From NCBI GenBank assembly GCA_964569025.1, contig CAZMSQ010000007.1, forward strand, positions 32,940-96,939: 64,000 nucleotides of DNA, read 5' to 3'. Shown in pieces: positions 1 through 9,217 of this stretch. The DNA is from an uncultured Saprospiraceae bacterium (GTDB lineage Bacteria; Bacteroidota; Bacteroidia; Chitinophagales; Saprospiraceae). The position numbers were made by a program, and so were the translations under genes. The notes under the pieces are model-generated. The model had not been told where the DNA came from. It made no database searches and saw only the letters and a program-made list of their open reading frames with translations. Each line of letters opens with the position of its first letter. Within the stretch, counting starts at the first letter, position 1.

Positions 1-189
1 CTTGTTGCGGCAGGCTGTGCACTCCTGCTTCGTGCTGAATGGATAACCGGAAGTCTGCCAACGTACTACTTTGGAACGACACTACTCCTTGGTGGGGTCT
101 GGGTGAATGGAAACCTCCTTCCGCTGATTCGTCAATGGGTCATTCCGGGAGCATTTGATACCGAAACGCTGAGAAACGAAAATTCGTGA
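1..189 (+). CDS. 3' end of an upstream CDS (partial, hydrophobic C-terminus ...LLGGVWVNGNLLPLIRQWVIPGAFDTETLRNENS*); product unknown
   Basis: Frame-1 reading is open from base 1 to TGA at 187-189. The stop overlaps the downstream ATG (TGATG). No recognisable motif. Confidence 0.3.
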   Translation, partial: LVAAGCALLLRAEWITGSLPTYYFGTTLLLGGVWVNGNLLPLIRQWVIPGAFDTETLRNENS

Positions 190-461
190 TGCAAACTGTG
201 CATTTTACATCTGCCCTCAAGCGGTTTTTTCCTGATATTGAACCACAACACGTCGAAGGCCAGACCGTCGCAGAAGTGCTGGATAGGCTTGAAACCCAAT
301 ATCCCGGACTCAAATCATATCTCGTTACGGAAAATGGTGCGCTTCGTAAGCACATCAACATTTTTGTAGACGGCGACTTGATTTCAGACCGAGATACGCT
401 GACTGATCAGTTAGGCCAGAGTCAGGATATTCTCATTTTTCAAGCTCTCTCCGGAGGGTAA
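189..461 (+). CDS. MoaD/ThiS/CysO-family ubiquitin-like sulfur-carrier protein (ends ...ALSGG*)
   Basis: About 90 aa with a C-terminal Gly-Gly immediately before the stop, typical of MoaD/ThiS thiocarboxylate carriers. ATG at 189 (ORF track starts at GTG 186). Stop abuts the next gene. Confidence 0.65.
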   Translation: MQTVHFTSALKRFFPDIEPQHVEGQTVAEVLDRLETQYPGLKSYLVTENGALRKHINIFVDGDLISDRDTLTDQLGQSQDILIFQALSGG

Positions 462-1565
462 ATGCTATGTGCTGAAATGAACCGCAAACTTCTCGTGGCA
501 ACGTCAAAAGGTCTGGTTGTTTGGGACCGAAAAGGGCAAAAGGAATGGGTCGTCAGAGATGTCCACTTTCAGGGATTTCCAGTTTCGGTCATTTATGCAG
601 ACACCCGGCATCAAGTGTGGTGGGCTGGGGTCTCTCACCGGCACTGGGGTCAGAAATTGCATCGGTCGTTTGATGAGGGTAAGACATGGGATGAAATGCC
701 TGTGCCTGCATACCCTGACAAAGCCGAGTGGCGACCCGGAAAGGCTGCAGTCCTTAAGAAAGTGTGGACGATCAGCAGTGCAGGCCCGGATAAGCCTGAA
801 GGACTGTGGGTTGGCACAGAACCAGGAGGATTGTTTTACAGCAATGACTACGGACAATCATATACACTGGTTGAGAGTCTGTGGAATATGCCGGGCCGTA
901 TGGACCCAACCCAATGGTTTGGGGCAGGGCGCGATTTGCCGTTTATCCATTCCGTGGTAGTTGATCCGGCTGACAGCGATCATGTGTATATCGCGGTGAG
1001 CTGCGCTGGAATCTTCGAAACCACCGATGGCGGAGCAACGTGGGCAGCGAAGAATAAAGGACTCATCGCAGCCTATCTTCCGGACCCGCATGCTGAACAG
1101 GGCCATGACCCACATCTGCTGCTGGCTTGTACCTCCCACCCAAACGTGCTTTGGCAGCAAAACCACTGTGGGGTCTTCCGGACAGAAAATGGAGGGCAGC
1201 ACTGGTCGGATGTGTCAGATCCCAGAGGGTATGTGCATTATGGGTTTGCGCTCGCAGTAGATGAAAGTGATCCGCTCTCAGCCTGGGTGATTCCTGCAAT
1301 GAGCGATGATCAGCGCGTTCCGCCAAATCTGGCACTCCGGGTCTGCCGGACCAGAGATGGCGGAAAAACCTGGCAATCGCTTACCTCCGGATTGCCCGGA
1401 GAATGCTGTTTTGACATTGTCTTTCGACATGCTTTGGCTCGGCAGGGCTCATGCATGGCCTTCGGGTCAACCACCGGGAATCTGTTTTTCTCAGATAATG
1501 ACGGAGACTCATGGACGTGCCTGAGCCATGTGTTGGGCAGAGTCGAAACCGTTACTTTTGCTTGA
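462..1565 (+). CDS. BNR/Asp-box repeat beta-propeller protein (sialidase-like fold; function unknown)
   Basis: Six S-x-D-x-G-x-T-W-like Asp-box motifs: SFDEGKTW, SNDYGQSY, TTDGGATW, TENGGQHW, TRDGGKTW, SDNDGDSW. The ATG sits immediately after the MoaD-like stop, so the two are probably coupled. Confidence 0.65.
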   Translation: MLCAEMNRKLLVATSKGLVVWDRKGQKEWVVRDVHFQGFPVSVIYADTRHQVWWAGVSHRHWGQKLHRSFDEGKTWDEMPVPAYPDKAEWRPGKAAVLKKVWTISSAGPDKPEGLWVGTEPGGLFYSNDYGQSYTLVESLWNMPGRMDPTQWFGAGRDLPFIHSVVVDPADSDHVYIAVSCAGIFETTDGGATWAAKNKGLIAAYLPDPHAEQGHDPHLLLACTSHPNVLWQQNHCGVFRTENGGQHWSDVSDPRGYVHYGFALAVDESDPLSAWVIPAMSDDQRVPPNLALRVCRTRDGGKTWQSLTSGLPGECCFDIVFRHALARQGSCMAFGSTTGNLFFSDNDGDSWTCLSHVLGRVETVTFA

Positions 1566-1640
1566 AAAATTCTATTTTTAGAAAATAAATTCTAATTTCG
1601 AAATCTATTTTATTCATTTACCTTCTTAAATCTACACACC

Positions 1641-2510
1641 ATGATACCTGCTGCTTTTGACTACGCCGCCCCTGGGACGCTGGAGGAAGCCTTCGCGTTG
1701 CTGGAGGAGTACGGCGATGAAGCCAAGATTCTGGCAGGTGGCCACAGCCTGATTCCAATGATGAAGCTGCGATTTGCAGAGCCCGGGCGGTTGATTGACA
1801 TCAACAACATCCCGGGGCTTTCATACATCAAGGAAGAGGATGGTTACCTGAAAATCGGGGCAATGACCAGAGAATCCGACCTTGAAAGGTCCGATCTTAT
1901 CCCGGGGAAATATCAGATTTTCCTCGATGCCAGTAAGTTGATTGCTGACCCTCAGGTGCGGAATATGGGTACGATTGGGGGCAATATTGCACATGGAGAT
2001 GCGGCAAATGACCATCCTGCAGTTATGCTGGCAATGCGGGCAGAAGTGGTCATCAGCAGTTCGGAAGGATCGCGGGTTGTGCCGATCGATGAGTTTTTCT
2101 ATGGCTTCTACATGACAGCTGTGCAACCTCACGAAATTCTGACAGAAATCAGAATTCCAATACCGGGGCAGCATACCGGCAATGCATATCACAAACTTGA
2201 GCGCAAGGTCGGCGATTATGCAACAGCTGGCGTGGCAGCACAAATCGGTATGGATGCGCAAGGGGTTTGCACCTATGCCGGAATCGGGCTCACAAATGTC
2301 AATCCGGTGCCGATGGTTGCATCTCGTTCAGAGGAACTGTTGAAAGGCAATGTACTCACTGATGATCTCATCGCACAAGCTGCTCAGTATGCATCAGAAG
2401 ATTGCAATCCTTCATCAGACCTCCGTGGTGACGAAGATTTTAAGCGCGAAATGGTCAAAGTATTGACCAAGCGCATCATCAATAAAGCCATTGAAAGGGC
2501 GAAAGGGTAA
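1641..2510 (+). CDS. coxM: Carbon-monoxide dehydrogenase medium (FAD-binding) subunit, xanthine dehydrogenase family
   Basis: N-terminus [39 protein letters not shown] is the molybdopterin-dehydrogenase FAD-binding fold. Gene order M-S-L is typical of form I CODH. AT-rich promoter-like gap upstream (1566..1640). Confidence 0.9.
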   Translation: MIPAAFDYAAPGTLEEAFALLEEYGDEAKILAGGHSLIPMMKLRFAEPGRLIDINNIPGLSYIKEEDGYLKIGAMTRESDLERSDLIPGKYQIFLDASKLIADPQVRNMGTIGGNIAHGDAANDHPAVMLAMRAEVVISSSEGSRVVPIDEFFYGFYMTAVQPHEILTEIRIPIPGQHTGNAYHKLERKVGDYATAGVAAQIGMDAQGVCTYAGIGLTNVNPVPMVASRSEELLKGNVLTDDLIAQAAQYASEDCNPSSDLRGDEDFKREMVKVLTKRIINKAIERAKG

Positions 2511-2535
2511 TTATTTCAGACTAAAATCTCATCAG

Positions 2536-3039
2536 ATGACTCAACAGATTACACTCACCGTCAATGGTGAACAACACACCGTCGAGGTCGAACCACGGAC
2601 GCTTCTGGTTCACCTCATCCGCGAACAGCTTAGCATGACCGGTACTCATATCGGCTGCGACACCTCCAGCTGCGGAGCATGCACCATTCTGCTCGATGGT
2701 AAGTCCATCAAATCCTGCACCGTATTGGCCGTTCAGGCCAATGGGAAGGAAGTGATCACCGTCGAAGGACTGGCCACAACTGAAGGGTTGCACCCCATTC
2801 AGGAGGGCTTCAAGGAAAACCACGGACTCCACTGCGGATTCTGCACTCCCGGCATGATGCTGCGGGCTGTAGAGTTGCTCGAAGACAATCCCAATCCCAC
2901 CGAGGAGGAAATCCGCTGGGGAATTTCAGGGAATCTTTGCCGCTGTACCGGATACAATAATATCGTAAAGGCGATTCAATATGCCGGCGCGAAAATGCGC
3001 GGAGAGGAAACGCCATCTACTGAACCGGAATTCGTGTAA
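2536..3039 (+). CDS. coxS: Carbon-monoxide dehydrogenase small [2Fe-2S] subunit
   Basis: Two [2Fe-2S] cysteine motifs ([10 protein letters not shown]... and CGFCTPGM... NLCRCTGY). Start reassigned to ATG 2536 ([11 protein letters not shown]); the ORF-track start at 2491 would overlap coxM. Confidence 0.9.
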   Translation: MTQQITLTVNGEQHTVEVEPRTLLVHLIREQLSMTGTHIGCDTSSCGACTILLDGKSIKSCTVLAVQANGKEVITVEGLATTEGLHPIQEGFKENHGLHCGFCTPGMMLRAVELLEDNPNPTEEEIRWGISGNLCRCTGYNNIVKAIQYAGAKMRGEETPSTEPEFV

Positions 3040-3090
3040 GTTCACGAATTGGTTCTCTTTCTTTTTTCACCATTCAAATACCTGCATACT

Positions 3091-5463
3091 ATGATACAGT
3101 GTAAAACCTCCAAGGAAATCAGCGGCATGGGGCACTCCATGAAGCGGAAGGAGGACGACCGCTTCATTCAGGGCAAGGGGAATTATGTCGATGACATAAA
3201 ATTGCCCGGCATGCTCTACATGGACATCGTCAGAAGCCCGTACGCCTACGCAAAAATTAAAAATATCAATGCTGAGCCTGCCCTTCAGATCCCCGGTGTT
3301 GTAGCTGTGGTAACCGGCAAAGATCTTGAAAAGTATAACCTGCACTGGATGCCGACGCTGATGTCGGATACACAGATGGTCCTGCCGACAGATACCGTCA
3401 TGTATCAGGCTCAAGAAGTAGCCGCCGTCATCGCTACCAGTAAATATGCGGCCCGGGACGGCCGCGAGGCAGTCCAGGTAGAATACGAAACCATGAAGCC
3501 GGTTGTCGACCCGTATAAGTCGCTCGATCCGGATGCCCCGGTGCTTCGTACTGACAAGGAAGGCAAAACCGATAATCACATCTGGCATTGGGAAGTGGGT
3601 GATAGAGACAAGACAGAGAAAGTCTTTTCGGATGCTGAAGTCGTCGTGAAAGAGCAGATGCACATTCCGCGAATTCATGTTTCTTCCATTGAAACCTGTG
3701 GTTGTGTGGCTGACTATGACAAAGTCAACAATCACCTGACGATGTACATGACTACGCAGGCACCGCACGCCATTCGTACCGTCATCGCACTGGTTGCCGG
3801 TCATGTAGGACTGACAGAAGAGAAAGTCAGAGTGATTTCTCCCGACATCGGGGGTGGATTCGGAGGGAAGGTGCCGGTGTATCCTGGGTATGTGATCGCT
3901 ATTGCCGTTTCATTCCTTGTTGGAAAGCCGGTGAAGTGGATTGAGGACCGGAGCGAAAACCTTCAGGCCGATTCATTCGCCAGAGATTATCACATCACTG
4001 CTGAGATGGCCGCCACCAAGGAAGGGAAAATTCTCGGGACGCGTTTCAAAATCTTAGCAGATCACGGCTATACCGATGCATCTGCCAACCCGTCAAAGTT
4101 CCCGACCGGACTGTTTTCCATCGGTACCGGCTCCTACGATTATGATACAGCCTTCATGGAGGCCGATGCGGTATATACCAACAAGCCACCCGGAGGAGTC
4201 GCCTATCGTTGTTCTTTCCGTGTGACTGAGGCTGTGCATGCTATTGAACGAATTACAGACCGCCTTGCCCTTGAAATCGGAAAAGATCCGGCTCAGCTGC
4301 GGATGGAAAACTTTATCAAAAAAGAGGATTTCCCTTGGAAATCACCCACCGGTTGGGAGTATGACAGCGGTGATTATCACGCGGGTCTGAAGAAGGCAAT
4401 GGATGCCATTGAGTACGACAACCTGCGTGTTGAGCAGGCGGAGAAGCGCAAAAAAGGTGAATTGATGGGCATTGGAATTTCCACGTTCACCGAAATTGTT
4501 GGTGCAGGACCTTCGCGTGATTTCGATATCCTTGGTATCAAGATGTTCGACTCTGCTGAAATCAGGGTCCACCCAACAGGCAAGGCCATCGCACGGTTTG
4601 GTACAAAGTCGCAGGGACAGGGTCACGAGACAACCTATGCACAGATTATTGCCGAAGAGCTCGGCATTCCGGCTGAGCATATTCAGATTGAAGAGGGTGA
4701 CACAGATACTGCGCCCTACGGTCTGGGTACTTACGCCAGCCGGAGTACGCCCACCGCCGGAGCGGCTGCAGCAATGGCAGCCCGCAAGTTGCGTGATAAG
4801 GCCAAAAAAATTGCAGCTTACCTGCTGGAGGTCTCTGAAGATGACCTCGAATGGGAGCCCGGCAAGTTTTTTGTCAAGGGGGCACCTGAAAAGGTGAAGA
4901 CCATTCAGGAAATTGTCTTCGCTGCGTACACCAACCACCCGCTGGGCATGGAGGCAGGATTTGAAGCGACCCACTACTATGATCCTCCAAACTTGACATT
5001 CCCCTCCGGAGCTTATATCTGCGTGGTTGATATCGACAAGGAGACCTACGAAATCAAGGTGCGCCGATTCGTAGCCATCGATGACTGCGGGAATATCATT
5101 AACCCGATGATCGTACAGGGTCAGGTGCACGGCGGTCTGACACAGGGCCTCGCTCCTGCCATGTACGAAGAGCTTATTTACGATGAAGACGGCAATATCC
5201 TGAACGGAACCCTGATGGACTATCTTGTGCCGACTGCGGTCGAGTCACCTAACTGGGAAACCGGCCACACCGTGACACCGTCGCCCCACCACCCGATTGG
5301 TGCCAAAGGTGTAGGAGAATCCCCGACAGTGGGAGCTCCGCCGGCTATTGCCAATGCCATCGTTGATGCCCTTTCTCCATACGGGATTACCCACCTGGAT
5401 ATCCCGATCACGCCCTACAAAATCTGGAAGGCGCTGAAGGAAAAGGGCGTGTCTCTCGCCTGA
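3091..5463 (+). CDS. coxL: Form I aerobic carbon-monoxide dehydrogenase large (Mo-Cu, molybdopterin cytosine dinucleotide) subunit
   Basis: Xanthine dehydrogenase family molybdopterin-binding large subunit. The form-I active-site signature VAYRCSFR is encoded at 4198..4221. Start is uncertain: ATG 3091, 3127 (MGHSMKRKEDDRFIQGKGNYVDD) or 3139. Confidence 0.9.
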   Translation: MIQCKTSKEISGMGHSMKRKEDDRFIQGKGNYVDDIKLPGMLYMDIVRSPYAYAKIKNINAEPALQIPGVVAVVTGKDLEKYNLHWMPTLMSDTQMVLPTDTVMYQAQEVAAVIATSKYAARDGREAVQVEYETMKPVVDPYKSLDPDAPVLRTDKEGKTDNHIWHWEVGDRDKTEKVFSDAEVVVKEQMHIPRIHVSSIETCGCVADYDKVNNHLTMYMTTQAPHAIRTVIALVAGHVGLTEEKVRVISPDIGGGFGGKVPVYPGYVIAIAVSFLVGKPVKWIEDRSENLQADSFARDYHITAEMAATKEGKILGTRFKILADHGYTDASANPSKFPTGLFSIGTGSYDYDTAFMEADAVYTNKPPGGVAYRCSFRVTEAVHAIERITDRLALEIGKDPAQLRMENFIKKEDFPWKSPTGWEYDSGDYHAGLKKAMDAIEYDNLRVEQAEKRKKGELMGIGISTFTEIVGAGPSRDFDILGIKMFDSAEIRVHPTGKAIARFGTKSQGQGHETTYAQIIAEELGIPAEHIQIEEGDTDTAPYGLGTYASRSTPTAGAAAAMAARKLRDKAKKIAAYLLEVSEDDLEWEPGKFFVKGAPEKVKTIQEIVFAAYTNHPLGMEAGFEATHYYDPPNLTFPSGAYICVVDIDKETYEIKVRRFVAIDDCGNIINPMIVQGQVHGGLTQGLAPAMYEELIYDEDGNILNGTLMDYLVPTAVESPNWETGHTVTPSPHHPIGAKGVGESPTVGAPPAIANAIVDALSPYGITHLDIPITPYKIWKALKEKGVSLA

Positions 5464-5480
5464 TCAAATTGCACAAAACC

Positions 5481-5526
5481 GGGAGGGAGCTGTTCGGTAT
5501 CGCCGAATCTCCCTCCCACATTTTCT
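5481..5526 (+). terminator. GC-rich hairpin (GGGAGGGAG...CTCCCTCCC) followed by a T-rich tract, between coxL and coxG; possible intrinsic terminator or attenuator
   Basis: Inverted repeat 5481-5489 / 5509-5517 with an inner TTCGG/CCGAA pairing, followed by ACATTTTCT. Confidence 0.4.
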
Positions 5527-5573
5527 GACCCATTCGAAATGGCCCGAGGGCCATTTAAAAATTCTCGTGCGTT

Positions 5574-6083
5574 ATGAAAGCTACGTTTAATAAAGTCTTT
5601 ACAGTCAACGAACCCGTTGAAAAGGTGTGGGATTACCTCAGCGATCCCAAGAAAGTCGTAACCTGCGTGCCTGGGGCAACGCTTGTTGATCAGATTGATG
5701 ACGATAATTACAAGGGGGAGGTAACCCTGAAGTTCGGCCCCATCAAAGCAAAATATGCCGGACAGATTACCTTTCTCGAACGTGATGGGAACGCCCATAA
5801 GATGGTGATGCAAGGCAAAGGACTCGATTCAAAAGGCAAGGGAAGTGCTGATATGCTGATGAACGGCCTGGTCGAGGAAAAGGACGGTGCCACTCAGGTG
5901 ACAGCCAGCATGGAAGTCTCTGTCACTGGTATGCTCGCCCAATTCGGATCCAGACTCATCAATGATGTCACGGATTCCGTATTCGACAAATTTATCCAAA
6001 ACTTTAAGGATAAGCTCGCCGGTAAAGAAGTTGACAATACAATGACTGCCGGATCCATGCTCAAAGGGATGTTTAAGAGATAA
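5574..6083 (+). CDS. coxG: CoxG-like carbon monoxide dehydrogenase subunit G (SRPBCC ligand-binding fold)
   Basis: N-terminus MKATFNKVFTVNEPVEKVWDYLSDPKKVVTCVPGA matches the CoxG family. Position in the cox cluster supports the call. Confidence 0.8.
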   Translation: MKATFNKVFTVNEPVEKVWDYLSDPKKVVTCVPGATLVDQIDDDNYKGEVTLKFGPIKAKYAGQITFLERDGNAHKMVMQGKGLDSKGKGSADMLMNGLVEEKDGATQVTASMEVSVTGMLAQFGSRLINDVTDSVFDKFIQNFKDKLAGKEVDNTMTAGSMLKGMFKR

Positions 6084-6199
6084 CTGATCTTCCGCCTGAC
6101 ACTTCTGCCGAAACTATCACAGCAAAACTTTCTTTGCAAATAAGTAAGCTCGTGGGGGTGTCTGGCGGAGATGTTTGCTCTTTAGAATTAAACAGTCAC

Positions 6200-7090
6200 A
6201 TGGATTATCTGAACGATACGTTACAACTGACAGAGGGTTTTGACCGCCAGAAATATCTGGTGGACGATGAGCTCGCAACCATTCTGTTTCTGATGATGAA
6301 GTTGCAGAAGCCCCTTCTGCTTGAGGGAAATCCTGGGGTTGGGAAAACAGAAGTTGCAAACGTTCTGGCTGGTTTTCTGGATACACCCCTGATCCGCCTC
6401 CAATGTTATGAGGGGCTTGATGTGCACTCTGCCGTGTATGAGTGGAATTACCAGAAGCAACTCCTTTCAATTAAAATTCAGGAGGGCATCGACCGGTCTG
6501 AAGCAGATAAGGAAGCGCATATTTTTGGAGAAGACTTCTTGCTGAAAAGGCCACTTCTGCAAGCAATAACCGCGGCCACCAAGGCACCGGTTCTGTTGAT
6601 TGATGAAGTAGATCGCGCCGACGAAGAGTTTGAGGCCTTTCTGCTTGAGCTGCTCTCTGCATTTCAAATCAGCATCCCAGAAATGGGTACCATCAAGGCC
6701 ATTCACAAACCATTTGTCGTACTCACCTCCAACCGGACCAGAGAGTTGAGTGACGCCCTGAAACGGAGGTGCCTGTATCATTGGGTGAATTATCCGGATC
6801 AGGAACGGGAAATCCGTATTGTGAGCAAGCACCTTCCGACAATTGATGCTCAGCTTGCAGAGACCTTGGTAAAAGTGGTAGGCGTGCTCCGCTCACGCAA
6901 GTTGAACAAGGCGCCGGGCATTGCTGAAACACTCGATTGGGCTTCGGGGCTGCTCGCCCTTGGATTTGAAAACCTTACAGAAGAAAGCATGTCCAAAACG
7001 CTCGGCTGCGTGCTCAAGTCAGCAGATGACCTAGAACGGATTAAAGCGGAAGGCCTTGGCGTTTTGCTCGCTGATATTCCAGTTTCCTGA
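6200..7090 (+). CDS. coxD: MoxR-like AAA+ ATPase CoxD (maturation of the CODH Mo-Cu centre)
   Basis: Walker A LLEGNPGVGKTEVA and a MoxR-type AAA core. Start placed at ATG 6200 (about 296 aa, the usual CoxD length); the ORF track begins at 6134. Confidence 0.8.
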   Translation: MDYLNDTLQLTEGFDRQKYLVDDELATILFLMMKLQKPLLLEGNPGVGKTEVANVLAGFLDTPLIRLQCYEGLDVHSAVYEWNYQKQLLSIKIQEGIDRSEADKEAHIFGEDFLLKRPLLQAITAATKAPVLLIDEVDRADEEFEAFLLELLSAFQISIPEMGTIKAIHKPFVVLTSNRTRELSDALKRRCLYHWVNYPDQEREIRIVSKHLPTIDAQLAETLVKVVGVLRSRKLNKAPGIAETLDWASGLLALGFENLTEESMSKTLGCVLKSADDLERIKAEGLGVLLADIPVS

Positions 7091-7095
7091 TTCCC

Positions 7096-8241
7096 ATGCC
7101 GGAGCACCACCATTTTACAAACTATGGATCACTGAAAGAGGCACTCATTGCCTTTGGTCAGTTGGCACGTGATAACGGCCTGAAGGTGGGCGTGCAGGAA
7201 ACTCTGGATGCCCTCATTGCTGCGCGGGAAGGGGTGATTATTGACCTGCGTGCCATGAAGTTTGCGCTTAAGGCCCTGTATTGTTGTAGCGAGGAAGACA
7301 GTGATGTCTTTGATGATCTCTTTGATTGGTTCTGGAATAAACCCAGAAATGCCGTGAAGAGCCACATTACCATGAAAAACCGGTCAAATCTGGTCAAGCG
7401 CTCAGCTGCATCGGTGGTCATGCTTGGCACAGGAAAGCAAAAAAACGGCCAGGAAGAGGAGTCAAAAAATACATCAGGCGCCAACGCAGTTGAACGCCTG
7501 CGAAAAACAGATTTCGCCAGTCTATCGGAAATCGACAGCCAATGGCTCGAGGAAATCGCCATGAAACTCTGGAAGCAGATGAGCCTGCGCCTCAAACGCA
7601 AACTGCGCTCGTCACCTGGCCGTGGGCAACTCGACCTGCGGCGTACAATCCGTCAGTGCATTGCTCACGGAGGTGACCCCATTGACTTATTCATAAAAAC
7701 CCGCAAGCCAAAACGCCAGAGGCTGATTGTCCTCCTTGATGTCAGTGGTTCAATGGACAAGTACAGTTTTTTTCTTCTGCGGTTCCTTTGCGCACTGAGC
7801 GCCCATTTTGAGCGCATCGAGGCCTTTTTATTCAGCACTCACCTCGTCCGTATCTCCCCCTGGCTAAATGCCCGCAATCTGGATGCGACGTTTCGCGAAC
7901 TTTCAGCCAGGGCTGACAATTGGTCAAGCGGTACCCGCATCGGAGAGTGCTTCCGCTCATTCAATGAAGAATATGCGAAGCGAATCCTAAACGGTCACTC
8001 GACAGTCATTATCTTGTCCGATGGTCTTGACACAGGATCGCCTGATTTGCTGGCCTCAGAGCTCAAGCGAATCAAGTTGCGCACCCGTCAGTTGCTGTGG
8101 CTCAACCCTCTGAAGGGGATGTCCGGATATCAGCCTGTGCAACAAGGTATGAGTGCAGCCTTGCCGCAGGTCGATGTGTTTGAGTCCGCACACAATCTTG
8201 ACAGCATTCTCGAACTGGAAAATTTCTTGCTGAATGTTTAA
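7096..8241 (+). CDS. coxE: CoxE, von Willebrand factor A domain protein
   Basis: VWA MIDAS motif LLDVSGSM. Lies directly after coxD with a 5-bp gap. Confidence 0.8.
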   Translation: MPEHHHFTNYGSLKEALIAFGQLARDNGLKVGVQETLDALIAAREGVIIDLRAMKFALKALYCCSEEDSDVFDDLFDWFWNKPRNAVKSHITMKNRSNLVKRSAASVVMLGTGKQKNGQEEESKNTSGANAVERLRKTDFASLSEIDSQWLEEIAMKLWKQMSLRLKRKLRSSPGRGQLDLRRTIRQCIAHGGDPIDLFIKTRKPKRQRLIVLLDVSGSMDKYSFFLLRFLCALSAHFERIEAFLFSTHLVRISPWLNARNLDATFRELSARADNWSSGTRIGECFRSFNEEYAKRILNGHSTVIILSDGLDTGSPDLLASELKRIKLRTRQLLWLNPLKGMSGYQPVQQGMSAALPQVDVFESAHNLDSILELENFLLNV

Positions 8242-9217
8242 TGAATTTCTCAAAAAAGTCCAGTCTCTTCACCAACAGCGTGTCCCCTTTGCCATGGCCT
8301 TCGTTGTGAACCGCCAGGTTCCATCATCCGGGAAGCCCGGAGATAAGGCAGTTATCGAGCAGGATGGCACAATCACCGGCTGGATTGGCGGAGGGTGCAC
8401 ACGGGGGATTGTCCTCAAAGAAGCTGCAGATGCCATCCGTGACGGAAAACCACGGATGCTCCGAATTAGCCCTGATCAGGATACCTCACCAAATCCAGGA
8501 GTGATGGATTATACAATGACCTGCCACTCTGGTGGCACCGTAGAACTCTACATTGATCCCGTCCTGCCAAGGCCGGAAATCCTCATTTTCGGCCGGTCGC
8601 ATGTTGCCCGTTCGCTCTCGAGGCTGGCCAAAGCGATGGACTACCACGTCACCGTGGCGTGCAAGGGAGCCGACTCAGTGCATTTTCCGGATGCCGACGA
8701 GTTGCGGGAAGCCCCCGTCGAGGCCCAATCTGCCCGGTCAAATACCTTTGCTGTGGTTTGTACCCAGGGTGAAGATGATGAAACTCATTTGATGCAGGCA
8801 ATCAGGAGTGGGGCAGGTTATGTTGCTTTTGTAGCCAGTCGCCGAAAGGCAAATGCTATTTTTCAGACGCTACGAAGTTTTGATGTCTCATTCGATGAGC
8901 TGCGTGAGATTCATACCCCGGCGGGTCTTGACATCAATGCAAAGCTTCCCGAAGAGGTCGCCGTCAGCATACTTGCACAGATTGTGTCCCATATCAGGAA
9001 TGAGAGTATTCAGGATTCTGCTGAGAAAAAGAGTGCCCATGAGCCAGCTGAAAACTCGGCATACTTCGTGAATCCAGTATGTCAGGTGCCTGTCGAGAAA
9101 AAGACTGCAAAATATGTTGTCCAATTTCAGGAAAGAGATTATTACTTTTGTTGTGACGGTTGCAAAGTTGCCTTTGAGGCTGATCCTGAAAAATATGCCT
9201 TGCCTGAGCCGGTATGA
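8234..9217 (+). CDS. coxF: XdhC/CoxF/CoxI-family maturation factor with a fused C-terminal YHS/TRASH metal-binding domain
   Basis: XdhC_CoxI N-terminal region (GWIGGGCTRGIVLKEAADAIRDGKPRMLRI). XdhC Rossmann-like C-domain. Extra C-terminal segment NPVCQVPVEKKTAKYVVQFQERDYYFCCDGCKVAFEADPEKYA matches the YHS consensus. Overlaps coxE by 8 nt. Confidence 0.8.
   Translation: MFNEFLKKVQSLHQQRVPFAMAFVVNRQVPSSGKPGDKAVIEQDGTITGWIGGGCTRGIVLKEAADAIRDGKPRMLRISPDQDTSPNPGVMDYTMTCHSGGTVELYIDPVLPRPEILIFGRSHVARSLSRLAKAMDYHVTVACKGADSVHFPDADELREAPVEAQSARSNTFAVVCTQGEDDETHLMQAIRSGAGYVAFVASRRKANAIFQTLRSFDVSFDELREIHTPAGLDINAKLPEEVAVSILAQIVSHIRNESIQDSAEKKSAHEPAENSAYFVNPVCQVPVEKKTAKYVVQFQERDYYFCCDGCKVAFEADPEKYALPEPV

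Noticed and set aside
3067-3804. 245-aa minus-strand ORF inside coxL. A similar one is at 4342..5130 (262 aa).
   Set aside because: Antisense to a strongly supported CoxL reading frame with collinear family homology. Long shadow ORFs of this kind are common in moderately GC-rich coding DNA.
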